A stretch of 64,000 nt of DNA from contig JBEHYB010000001.1 in assembly GCA_048498395.1 (NCBI GenBank), positions 3,023 through 67,022 on the forward strand, in the 5' to 3' direction. The notes under the pieces were generated by a model, which ran no database searches, was not told where the DNA came from, and saw nothing but the letters and a program-made list of their open reading frames with translations. The stretch is from Pseudomonadota bacterium (GTDB taxonomy: Bacteria; Pseudomonadota; Alphaproteobacteria; Micavibrionales; Micavibrionaceae). Both the position numbers and the translations under genes were made by a program. The stretch's first letter is position 1; each line of letters begins with the position of its first letter. Below are positions 48,670-57,817 of this stretch, one piece after another.

Positions 48670-49569
48670 CGCGCTGATCAGCGTAAAGCAGTTCTCATTT
48701 ACCGTGAGCGTGTCGCCGGTCGATGTATTGGTCAGGACATTGCCGTTCCATTTGACGACATCGGCCTGAATGCGCGGGCTGAGCACGATAAAATTCGTAA
48801 ATTTCGAAACCCATGGCACGGGGAAATTCGCCGGGATTTCGTTCTGCGCGATTGCCGCGCCTTTGCAATCGACATTCAGGCTATCCTGACCCCATCCGTC
48901 TTCAAGCACGACGATACTGCGGCCGGCACCCAATGTGATCGTATCATTGCCTGAACCGGCATTAACGATACGGTTGCCTGAATTATCGACGATCGTGTCA
49001 TTGCCCGGACCGCCAAGGAAGATCTGGTCTATACCTGTCGTCGGATCGTTTTCGGCACAAGCTAGCGTATTCGGACCATCATCACCGATTAGAACGCCGG
49101 TAGATGATGAAGTTCCTTTGACGCATTTCAGTGATGTCTGCGGACTTTCAATGGCGAGCACAGAATTCGGATCGAGCCTGAGCGTTTCAAAAACACGCGC
49201 GGCATGAGATTCGTCTTTCAGGCTCAGGAAATAGGCCGGCAGTTTTCCTGAACCAATCGCAGCGCTTAAAAGCGCGATCGTTGTTTTCAGGCGCGGGGTC
49301 GCACGCGTCGTGTAATCCTGATAGATCGTCATCGCATCAGAGATTTTCTTGACGGCATCCGCTGTCTGCGCCTGCTGCGCCTCGGTCAGCGCAGGACCTG
49401 GCGCCTCCTTAGTATCTGCATAAATGCCCAGCGCTTTAAGCGTTTCAGGAGCAGGCTCCTTGAAAACGAGCGGGGCAGGTTTTGCCGGTTCGAATGTGAT
49501 AACGCCATAGGCTGTATAAAGCCCGGCCGCGAGAAGGATAAAGAGGACAATTGAAACGATAAGCCGCAT
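48664..49569 (-). CDS. membrane-anchored protein with RTX-type calcium-binding nonapeptide repeats
   Basis: 301-aa ORF with an N-terminal TM segment (IVSIVLFILLAAGLYTAYGV) and GGxGxD-type repeats (GGPGNDTIV, GSGNDTITL). Confidence 0.65.
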   Translation of the reverse strand: MRLIVSIVLFILLAAGLYTAYGVITFEPAKPAPLVFKEPAPETLKALGIYADTKEAPGPALTEAQQAQTADAVKKISDAMTIYQDYTTRATPRLKTTIALLSAAIGSGKLPAYFLSLKDESHAARVFETLRLDPNSVLAIESPQTSLKCVKGTSSSTGVLIGDDGPNTLACAENDPTTGIDQIFLGGPGNDTIVDNSGNRIVNAGSGNDTITLGAGRSIVVLEDGWGQDSLNVDCKGAAIAQNEIPANFPVPWVSKFTNFIVLSPRIQADVVKWNGNVLTNTSTGDTLTVNENCFTLISAQ

Positions 49570-49662
49570 GTGGATTCCGCCTGTGAAACGAGCTGATTTG
49601 CCAATCTCGTGAAAGATTAAAGCAAATGCGCTTTTGACGCTATGGCCTTTTTACGAATACGC

Positions 49663-50712
49663 TTAATGTTGCCCGGGTGTCGGGGCGGCGGCCACCTGAT
49701 TACGTCCGTTATGCTTGGCTGTATAAAGCGCGGCATCGGCACGGTCGATGACATCTTCGGGATTTTTCTCGAAAGCATATTCAGCGACACCGACCGACAT
49801 GGTGATCCGGCCGAGAATATCCCCGGAAGAACGGTTGATAACGTCTTTCATGGCAATTGCCTGTCTGAGCGAGTTGCCAACCGCAAGCCCCGCCTGAATG
49901 CCTGTCTCCGGAAGCAGGATCGCAAATTCCTCACCACCGTAACGGGCGGCAAAGTCGCGGCCTTTAAGACCATCTTTCAGTGTTCTGGCAACAAGTCTTA
50001 AGACCTGATCGCCGACCTGGTGGCCGAAATTATCGTTGAAGCTCTTGAAGTGGTCGATATCCACCATAAGAAGCGTATAGGGTTTGCGCGTTGCTTTGGC
50101 TTCCGCCGTAAGCTGCTGCAATTCTGCGTCGAAAGATTTACGGTTGGCAAGACCCGTGAGACCGTCCGTCATCGCTTCGCGGCGGACGAATTCGAGATCG
50201 CGCTTCAGTTCTGCCATTAATTGTGTGGAGTGCGCGAGTTCGGCTTCGAGTTTCTTGTTCTTCTCGAGCATGTCTTTCGTAATGGACGTTGCCGATTTAA
50301 TCGCCGCTTCGACTTCCTTCGGCGAATTGGCGTTATTGATCATATTATTCACGACGACACCCAGCGATTTACTATAGTCGCTGGCCGCTTCCTGCACGTT
50401 CTTCACCATGCCGGAAACATCGGAAATAGTGGTCTGGATCTGCTCGCCGGCACGGCGAACTGTTTCTTCATTTTTCAGATCGCCCAGATAACGGGTGTGA
50501 ATTTCGAGACAGAGATTATCGGTGATTTTTGTTTTTTCCTCGACCAGCTGATCGATGGCACGAACGATATCCGCTTTAGAGCGGGCGTAATAGACGAACC
50601 ACAATTCATAAATTTCTGGAATCGGCGACAGGTCTTCGCGGCGCAGTCTTTCCTGCACCTGTTGCGATATTTCTAAAGAGCGGGTCTTTTCTTTACCTTG
50701 GATGAAACTCAA
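49663..50712 (-). CDS. diguanylate cyclase (GGDEF domain) with a coiled-coil N-terminal region
   Basis: 349-aa ORF with DGLTGLANR, DIDHFKSFND and the active site RYGGEEF. At the position of the RxxD inhibitory site the sequence reads KGRD. Confidence 0.85.
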   Translation of the reverse strand: MSFIQGKEKTRSLEISQQVQERLRREDLSPIPEIYELWFVYYARSKADIVRAIDQLVEEKTKITDNLCLEIHTRYLGDLKNEETVRRAGEQIQTTISDVSGMVKNVQEAASDYSKSLGVVVNNMINNANSPKEVEAAIKSATSITKDMLEKNKKLEAELAHSTQLMAELKRDLEFVRREAMTDGLTGLANRKSFDAELQQLTAEAKATRKPYTLLMVDIDHFKSFNDNFGHQVGDQVLRLVARTLKDGLKGRDFAARYGGEEFAILLPETGIQAGLAVGNSLRQAIAMKDVINRSSGDILGRITMSVGVAEYAFEKNPEDVIDRADAALYTAKHNGRNQVAAAPTPGQH

Positions 50713-51047
50713 AACTGTACTCTCTGTTGGATCTGAAAAAATCTCTGACTTAATAATAATAGAATAAAAAATTTTATGTAGTTAAAACAAGCGGCGTGCG
50801 CGGTAATAAACCGTCAAAAATGATAATGACCTCAAAAGCTTAAAACGAGCTTAAGCGTAATATACATAACCATGCATTCATATATACTGCTTATTATTTC
50901 TACATAGGAACAGTATATCGCCTCCAATCCACCCATCTTTTAAATTTCACAAAGTGCCGTTGGGGGTTGCAAAGGCGGGAAAATCTCTACAGACTCGCCC
51001 ACACATTGAATACCGACTTAAACTTACGTGCCACTTCAGAGGAAATT

Positions 51048-51800
51048 ATGGATAAAGGTTTTGATAAAACGATCGGCGACTTACTGATGACCATCAAACA
51101 GACGATGTTCACGCCGACACACAAGGCCGGCTGGCCCTTCATCTTGGGCTTTGCCATCGTCACCATTCTTCTGGCGCTCGTCTGGGAAGGCTTCGCCATT
51201 ATCGGACTGATCCTGACATTGTGGTGCGTCTATTTCTTCCGTGATCCGGTCCGCGCCGTGCCAATCCGTCAAGGCCTCGTCGTGTCACCGGCCGATGGTC
51301 GCGTGACGCAGATTATTGAAGCCTGCAACCTGCCGCCTGAACTCCGCTCGGACGGCTCGAAAGACGATGAAGACGGCGACTATACGCGCGTCAGCATTTT
51401 CCTGAGTGTTTTTGACGTTCACGTCAACCGCGCGCCGATCTCCGGCCATATCAAGAAAGTTGTCTATAAGCCCGGCATCTTTCTCAACGCGGGCAATGAC
51501 CGCGCCAGCATTGAAAACGAACGCTGCGCCGCTTTGATTGGCCTGCAAAATGGTAAAGAAATGGGTCTTGTGATGATCGCTGGCCTTGTCGCACGCCGCA
51601 TTCTTTGCGACCTGCATGAAGGCCAGGATGTCCGCTCCGGAGAACGTTTTGGTATTATCCGTTTCGGCAGCCGCGTCGATATCTATCTGCCGGAAGGCGT
51701 ATCGCCGCTTGTATGTCTCGGTCAGCGCATGATCGGCGGCGAGACAATTATCGCGGACCTTACTTCCGCCGAACCGCCGCGCGAAGCGACTTCCATATAA
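51048..51800 (+). CDS. psd: phosphatidylserine decarboxylase proenzyme (short type)
   Basis: I prefer the ATG at 51048, which is preceded by GAGGAAA. It has two N-terminal TM segments and the self-cleavage motif FGSRVD. Confidence 0.85.
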   Translation: MDKGFDKTIGDLLMTIKQTMFTPTHKAGWPFILGFAIVTILLALVWEGFAIIGLILTLWCVYFFRDPVRAVPIRQGLVVSPADGRVTQIIEACNLPPELRSDGSKDDEDGDYTRVSIFLSVFDVHVNRAPISGHIKKVVYKPGIFLNAGNDRASIENERCAALIGLQNGKEMGLVMIAGLVARRILCDLHEGQDVRSGERFGIIRFGSRVDIYLPEGVSPLVCLGQRMIGGETIIADLTSAEPPREATSI

Positions 51801-51810
51801 GGAGAAAACC

Positions 51811-52698
51811 TTGGACGCGAATAACAATCTCAAGCAATTCCAGCCAAAAGCTATAGGCCGTCCGCATATAGCCGTTCACAAAATCGTCCCGAGCTTCCTG
51901 ACGCTCATGGCGATGATCGCCGGCGTGACTTCGATCCAGTCCGCGATCAATGATAAATATGACCAGGCTGTCTTGATGATTTTGGCTGCGGCCATTCTCG
52001 ATGTGCTCGACGGAGCCGTTGCCCGCGCGCTTAAGGCGCAGAGCGAGTTCGGCGCGGAACTTGATTCACTTTCCGACTTTCTTGCTTTCGGGATCGCGCC
52101 AAGCGTCCTGCTTTATGTATGGGCGCTCGATGATGCGGGGAAATTTGGCTGGATCGCGACTGTTGTCCTGCCGGTTGCCGCGGCCTTGCGACTCGCGCGA
52201 TTCAATGTCGCAGGTAAAAAACCGGAAGTCGACACGCCGCTTTGGAAAAAAAGATATTTCACGGGCGTTCCGTCTCCCGCCGGCGCTGGCCTTGCATTGC
52301 TTCCAGTTTACGTCTGGTTGCAATTTCAGGAAACTTTCCGCGTTTTCTCCGTAGCAACACCTTTGATCGCCGTCTGGGAAATCATCGTCGCCGCATTGAT
52401 GGTCAGCCGTATTCCGACTTTCTCTTTCAAATACCTGAAACTGCCGGCGAAAATGCTCGTACCGGCGATGGCGCTCGTAGCCCTCGTGCTTGCCGCACTC
52501 GTACATACGCCATGGGTTGCGCTCACGATCATCTGCGCAACCTATACGGTTTCAATCCCGGTCGTATTCCATCGCTACCGCAAGCTGGAAAAAGCCAATC
52601 AGGGCACGAACGAAGATCTTACCTCACTCGCGTTCGGAATGGCTTCTGACGATATTCTGATTGGTGATGAAGATGAGGACGATATTCGTCCTATCTAG
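51811..52698 (+). CDS. pssA: CDP-diacylglycerol--serine O-phosphatidyltransferase
   Basis: 295-aa ORF with a TTG start and the CDP-alcohol phosphatidyltransferase motif DVLDGAVARALKAQSEFGAELDSLSD. Confidence 0.85.
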   Translation: MDANNNLKQFQPKAIGRPHIAVHKIVPSFLTLMAMIAGVTSIQSAINDKYDQAVLMILAAAILDVLDGAVARALKAQSEFGAELDSLSDFLAFGIAPSVLLYVWALDDAGKFGWIATVVLPVAAALRLARFNVAGKKPEVDTPLWKKRYFTGVPSPAGAGLALLPVYVWLQFQETFRVFSVATPLIAVWEIIVAALMVSRIPTFSFKYLKLPAKMLVPAMALVALVLAALVHTPWVALTIICATYTVSIPVVFHRYRKLEKANQGTNEDLTSLAFGMASDDILIGDEDEDDIRPI

Positions 52699-52707
52699 GA
52701 TATTTTA

Positions 52708-53427
52708 TCAGCCCATACCCGGCATCGGCGAAGCAATACCCATGCCTGTTGGCGGTTTCGGCCCGCCCTTCATACCGGCGATATTGTGATCATGGCCGAA
52801 TTTCTGTGCCGACGCTTCGAGTTTGCCGTTGTCCTGCAATTGGTCTGCAAGTGTCGCCTGCATCTTCCTCAATGCCCGCTCCTCCATATCGCCACCGAAA
52901 TCGTGCATGCCCGGCGCACGTAGCGGATCCATGTGCTGGGGAAGAATGTTCTTCGCGGTCGGCTGGACCTTGAAGCCGTCAGGGCCCCATGTATCGCCGA
53001 AAGCATCAGTATAGTGCGTCGGCATCGCTTCCATGCGGCCATGCGAGTTCTTTTTATATTCCGTGAATTGCGTCGGCTCGTGCGCTTTCGGAGATTGCTG
53101 TGCTACGAAATTTATGCCGTCTGCGACCGCGAGCGGAAACCCCAGCGCCGGAAAAGCGATCGAAGCGGCAGTGCTTAAAACGGTTCTGAGCATATTGCCG
53201 GGCAGTTTCGTGATTGCGTTGCCCTGGCCGTTATCGCCTGGCTTTTTCTCATTACCGAGAACCTGACCGATCGTATTTAATTTTTGCTGGATTTCGCCGG
53301 TATTATATTGCGCCTGAAAATGCGCTTTCTGCGCGGTGACCGCTGCATTGGGTGTGCTATCGAAGGTCTGGTTAAACGTGACCCCGTTAAATCCGTGCCT
53401 GATATTGGCCGTTGTAGCTAAACTCAC
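52708..53427 (-). CDS. hypothetical protein
   Basis: 239-aa ORF with a GTG start, no signal peptide, one central hydrophobic stretch (VLSTAASIAFPALGFPLAVA) and a Gly/Pro/Met-rich C-terminus. I recognise no family. Confidence 0.5.
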   Translation of the reverse strand: MSLATTANIRHGFNGVTFNQTFDSTPNAAVTAQKAHFQAQYNTGEIQQKLNTIGQVLGNEKKPGDNGQGNAITKLPGNMLRTVLSTAASIAFPALGFPLAVADGINFVAQQSPKAHEPTQFTEYKKNSHGRMEAMPTHYTDAFGDTWGPDGFKVQPTAKNILPQHMDPLRAPGMHDFGGDMEERALRKMQATLADQLQDNGKLEASAQKFGHDHNIAGMKGGPKPPTGMGIASPMPGMG

Positions 53428-53553
53428 ACATCACCCTTTTTTATTTAGTTTCTATATTATCGACTTTATACGGTTAATAAGGGGTTAAACAAGGAAAAAA
53501 CCTATAAAAATTAGTCACTTCGCATTTTTGAGGCTTCGTGTCAAAATAGGTCT

Positions 53554-54216
53554 ATGTCGAGCTGCAAAGGCAATGTCTTTATCTATATTCTGATCGCCGT
53601 CGTCCTGATGGCCGCCCTGACCTATACGTTGTCCAAAAACCAGGACAGCAACCCTGGCACTGAAATCACCGATACCCAGATCAAATCCATCGCGACTTCG
53701 ATCCTGAGCTATACAGCCGCTGCACAGAACGCGGTTAATAACATGTCGACGGGCGGCACGGAAATCTCCTCCATGCAGCTCCTGCGGCCGGACCAGGCCA
53801 ACTTCAACACCGCGCCAAATACCGATAAGCTTTTCCATCCGGATGGCGGGGGTCTGCAATATAAGAGCCTTCCCCCAAATTCAACGAGCTCAACCCTCTC
53901 TACACCTGTGAACGGCTACTATATCGGAACGGTCCAGGTGGAATGGACACCGACGACAACCAAGGATCTCGTTCTTTTTGCTTATGGGATCTCAAAGGAT
54001 GTCTGTACCGAACTGAACCGCAAGATCACCGGCTCGACAACGATACCGTCTTTAACGATGGCGGCAGATGGCTGGATGAATACGATTGCAACGACATGGA
54101 CGAATTCCACGGCACTCGATAAGACCGCCTGCCTCGCCTGTGATGAAAAGCCCGCTCTATGCGTCAAGGACACAGGTACAATCTACACGTTCTATAACGT
54201 GCTCGTCGCCAAATAA
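53554..54216 (+). CDS. hypothetical pilin-like / signal-anchored protein
   Basis: 220-aa ORF. The N-terminus is MSSCKG|NVFIYILIAVVLMAALTYTL: a short basic leader ending in Gly, then a hydrophobic helix of about 20 aa. It lacks Glu5. There are Cys pairs near the C-terminus. Confidence 0.5.
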   Translation: MSSCKGNVFIYILIAVVLMAALTYTLSKNQDSNPGTEITDTQIKSIATSILSYTAAAQNAVNNMSTGGTEISSMQLLRPDQANFNTAPNTDKLFHPDGGGLQYKSLPPNSTSSTLSTPVNGYYIGTVQVEWTPTTTKDLVLFAYGISKDVCTELNRKITGSTTIPSLTMAADGWMNTIATTWTNSTALDKTACLACDEKPALCVKDTGTIYTFYNVLVAK

Positions 54217-54222
54217 TCCGAA

Positions 54223-55905
54223 CTAGACGGAACGCAATCCGGACAGGAACTGCTGGACGAGGTTGGAAAGCGCTCTGTTCTGCTCTTTCAAATTCTCGAT
54301 CGATGACAAAACCATATTGGATGCCTCGCTCGTACCCGCAGCAGCCGTCGATACTTCCCCGATATTATTAGTGACTTCCTGCGTACCGTTCGAAGTATGC
54401 GCCACGTTGCGGGAGATTTCTTGTGTCGCCGACCCTTGTTCTTCAACAGCCGAGGCAATCGTCGTCGAGATCGAATTGATACGTTCGATCGTACGGCCGA
54501 TACTGGTGATTGAAGTGACGGCTGAACCAGTCGCGTTTCTGACCGCGCTGATCTGGTTGGTGATGTCTTCGGTGGCCTGCGCTGTCTGCGAGGCAAGGGT
54601 TTTAACTTCATTGGCAACAACCGCGAAACCTTTTCCGGCTTCACCCGCACGAGCGGCCTCGATCGTCGCGTTGAGCGCCAGCAGGTTTGTCTGGTTCGCA
54701 ATGTCATTGATAATGCTCACGACCTGCCCGATGCGATCGGCGGCAGCGGCAAGCTCATTGACCTGATCGGTCGTCCTGCGGCTTTCTTCTGTCGCCGCAT
54801 TGACGACTGCGGTCGATTCCGCCATCTGGCGCGAAATTTCCTGAACTGAAGAGCTTAGTTCTTCTGTCGCCGCAACAATCAGCTGGATGCTGGATGAGGA
54901 TTCTTCGGAAGCCTGCGATACTTTTTCGGCGCGCATGGAAGTGGTGCGCGAAAGATCGGCCATCTGAACAGCGCTCATGTCGAGATCTTCGACGGAGCGC
55001 CCGACATTGGTCAGGATCTTGCCGACATTGCTGTCGAAATTCTGCGACAGGCGTTCAATCTCCGCCGCACGTCTGGCCTTATTCTTCTGTTCCTCTTCCT
55101 GGGCAAGATTGGCTTTTTCGGCAAGGTCGAGTGTCACGCGCAGTTCATCAAGCGCTCGTGCCATATCGCCGATTTCATCCCCGCGCTTCGTGCCTTCGAC
55201 TTTCACGTTGAAACGCTTCTCGCGCAGATCCTGCAGTGTCGAGGAAATCTTGGAAATCGGTATGGAAATACCGCGTCTTGCGATCAAGACCGACACGGCA
55301 ATCCCGATCCCGATGCCCAGCAGCGCGACGATCGCGCTTAATTCCACCTGGCGTATATAAAAGGCAGCCAGGGATGTCGTGGCATCCGCGATCTGCTTGT
55401 TATTAATATCGGCAAACTCAACAATCGATTTATTGAGCGCTTTACGGTTGTTCCTGTTTGCGTCGTTATCGCCGAATACACGCCCGGCAGGACCGCCTTC
55501 GGTGCGGCCAATTCTCACGAGCTCGGTGCGTTTCTGGATAAATTCATCAGCCTGCGTTGCCATTGTGGCGAATTGGGCTTCCTGCTCGGGCGGCAGCAGC
55601 GCATGCCATTCGTCGAGACGTTGCTTGAGCTTGGTCAGATTTTCGAGGATAGGTTTCGCATATTTTTCAACATCTTCTGCGTTTTCAGACATATAGATGC
55701 CGCGCGAATCCATGACAACCGAGAGAACAAGGCCGTTGACGCGCTCGCCGTTGACGGCGCGTCCTGAGGCCATCTCGATTTCTTTGGTCTGAAGCTTGTA
55801 AGTGTGCATCCCCTGAATGCCGATCGCGGCGATCACCGCAGCGACGATCGTCATCACAAGCACGATCAGGCTGATTTTTTTAATAATCTTTGCGTTCTCT
55901 AACAT
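54223..55905 (-). CDS. methyl-accepting chemotaxis protein
   Basis: I prefer the ATG at 55905, which is preceded by AAGGAA. It has two TM segments, a HAMP region and the signalling hairpin [27 protein letters not shown]. Confidence 0.9.
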   Translation of the reverse strand: MLENAKIIKKISLIVLVMTIVAAVIAAIGIQGMHTYKLQTKEIEMASGRAVNGERVNGLVLSVVMDSRGIYMSENAEDVEKYAKPILENLTKLKQRLDEWHALLPPEQEAQFATMATQADEFIQKRTELVRIGRTEGGPAGRVFGDNDANRNNRKALNKSIVEFADINNKQIADATTSLAAFYIRQVELSAIVALLGIGIGIAVSVLIARRGISIPISKISSTLQDLREKRFNVKVEGTKRGDEIGDMARALDELRVTLDLAEKANLAQEEEQKNKARRAAEIERLSQNFDSNVGKILTNVGRSVEDLDMSAVQMADLSRTTSMRAEKVSQASEESSSSIQLIVAATEELSSSVQEISRQMAESTAVVNAATEESRRTTDQVNELAAAADRIGQVVSIINDIANQTNLLALNATIEAARAGEAGKGFAVVANEVKTLASQTAQATEDITNQISAVRNATGSAVTSITSIGRTIERINSISTTIASAVEEQGSATQEISRNVAHTSNGTQEVTNNIGEVSTAAAGTSEASNMVLSSIENLKEQNRALSNLVQQFLSGLRSV

Positions 55906-55980
55906 TGGTATTCCTTGGCGGTCTGGGGATTCACACAAGTCTATGTGAAAAACTTTAAGTTTGTTTGAATGTCATAAACG

Positions 55981-56003
55981 AAAAAGGCAGCCCCCGCCTT
56001 TTT
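55981..56003 (-). terminator. hairpin terminator downstream of the porin gene
   Basis: AAAAAGGC-agccccc-GCCTTTTT. The flanking A and T runs would let it work in either direction. It lies 35 nt past the porin stop. Confidence 0.6.
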
Positions 56004-56037
56004 CACGAAACGCAAAACTACGCAGTGACGATTTCGA

Positions 56038-57102
56038 TCAGAAATCGATGCTTGTGCCAACGACAACGCTTGTCGCGTCAAAATCACCGCTGCCGCTGAT
56101 ATCACTGCTCAAATGCGATATTGATGAACGAAGTGCGATGCCCGGCGCATAAGAATAGGTAACACCTGCTGCATATCTGTCGGTATCAACTTGTGTGCCG
56201 ACATTGTCGTTCTTGTTATAGTAAGACGCGCCGAGCAGGAATTTATCCATCTTGTAACTCACACCGATTGCCGTGTAATCGACATCATCTGTCGCACTGC
56301 CTTCGTCATCATTCTGATAGGCGGCACCGATATTGAAATTGCCGAAGCCGAGATTTAACGCGGCGTTCCATGCCTCACGGTCATTGGCCGGGCCCGTTTC
56401 TGCTTCTGCATGCGTGTAACCGGCACCGGTTATCACTTTTACATCGCCGAACTTATGTTCGTAACGCGCGGCGAAATCCCAGATATTGGAAGTCGCGGCA
56501 GTATCGTCTCCGTCAAGCGCATTTCCGTTGCCGCCGCGTGACGCGTCTGAATCAGGCGTATAGGAAACGCCAGCCTGAAGGCCTTCGAAAAGGGGAGTGA
56601 AATAGGTAATCTTGTCCACCTTGCCGGAAATATTCTGATCGTAATCTGTTTCACCGATCGCCGTACCGAACGCGGTCAAATTGACCGGCTGGATCTGCTG
56701 ACGAACGCCGTCGATATCTTTATCCGCGGAAGGCGCGGCAACCTGCAGCAAATAGGCTGCACCGTCTTTGGCACCGAAATTGATTTTACCCCAATCGCCT
56801 TCTGCATAGAGAAGAGATTCATCGATCGCGAAACTGTCGCCTTCATCAGCGGAAGCTTCGATATGGACACCGACCTTGGTGCCATTATCCAGTTTCGTTT
56901 CGCCGTTGAAATGAACTTCCGTATGACGAAGGATATCGAGATTGTGAACGCCTGCAGAGGTTGGCGCATTATCCTGATCGGAATAGGCCATATAGCCTTT
57001 AAAAAATCCGCCAAGTTCGAGCTCTACAGGACCGGTCGTCGCGAAAGCGGGTGAAGTTGATACAATAATAGCCAGCGTCAAAAGCGCGATTTTGAATTTC
57101 AT
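56038..57102 (-). CDS. outer-membrane porin
   Basis: 354-aa ORF with a signal peptide ending AFA, an alternating beta-strand pattern rich in Gly, Asp and Tyr, and a C-terminal Phe (GTSIDF). Confidence 0.65.
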   Translation of the reverse strand: MKFKIALLTLAIIVSTSPAFATTGPVELELGGFFKGYMAYSDQDNAPTSAGVHNLDILRHTEVHFNGETKLDNGTKVGVHIEASADEGDSFAIDESLLYAEGDWGKINFGAKDGAAYLLQVAAPSADKDIDGVRQQIQPVNLTAFGTAIGETDYDQNISGKVDKITYFTPLFEGLQAGVSYTPDSDASRGGNGNALDGDDTAATSNIWDFAARYEHKFGDVKVITGAGYTHAEAETGPANDREAWNAALNLGFGNFNIGAAYQNDDEGSATDDVDYTAIGVSYKMDKFLLGASYYNKNDNVGTQVDTDRYAAGVTYSYAPGIALRSSISHLSSDISGSGDFDATSVVVGTSIDF

Positions 57103-57197
57103 CGTAATCTCTATTTTTTGGAATTAAGACGCAAAGGACACAGCGGGACACGGCCGGAGCGCGAATCAGAATTTACTAATATACATATATTTATGGG

Positions 57198-57815
57198 TTA
57201 GTCAACCAAAGTCAGGATAGTGTCGCGAATTTCATCGATCCCGCTCTTGTCCCATGAACTCGCAGGCTGGGCGGTCGGGAATGCCGCCGGTGACTTCTTC
57301 AGATAGGTTTCAACAAAATCAGTAATTTGCGCGAGTTCCGCTTTTTTGACCTCATCGGTTTTGGTCAAAATAATCCGGTAGGACACAGCCGCTTCATCCA
57401 GCATCTTCATCATATGCCGGTCTGAATCTTTAAGCCCGTGACGCGAATCAACGAGGACAAAAGCCGCACGCAAATTCGGTCGGCCGCGCAGGTAATCCCT
57501 GATCAGCAGGTCCCATTTCTCCTGCATCGCCTTCGATACCTTGGCGTAACCATAGCCCGGCATATCGACGAGGTGAAAAAGATCGCCAACATTGAAGAAG
57601 TTAAGCTGTTGCGTACGTCCCGGCGTTTTGGAAACATGCGCGATATCACGCTGCATAATGGAATTTATCAGTGAAGACTTTCCGACATTCGACCGTCCGG
57701 CAAAAGCGACCTCTGGCAGGGTGAAATCCGGCAACTGGCCAAGTTCGGCCACACCGAAAACGAAATCGCACGGACCGCCGAAAATCTTACGAATATGCTC
57801 CGGCGGCTTACTCAT
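57198..57815 (-). CDS. engB: ribosome biogenesis GTPase YihA/YsxC (EngB)
   Basis: 205-aa ORF with G1 GRSNVGKSSLIN, G3 DMPGYG and G4 TKTD. Confidence 0.9.
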   Translation of the reverse strand: MSKPPEHIRKIFGGPCDFVFGVAELGQLPDFTLPEVAFAGRSNVGKSSLINSIMQRDIAHVSKTPGRTQQLNFFNVGDLFHLVDMPGYGYAKVSKAMQEKWDLLIRDYLRGRPNLRAAFVLVDSRHGLKDSDRHMMKMLDEAAVSYRIILTKTDEVKKAELAQITDFVETYLKKSPAAFPTAQPASSWDKSGIDEIRDTILTLVD

Positions 57816-57817
57816 GC

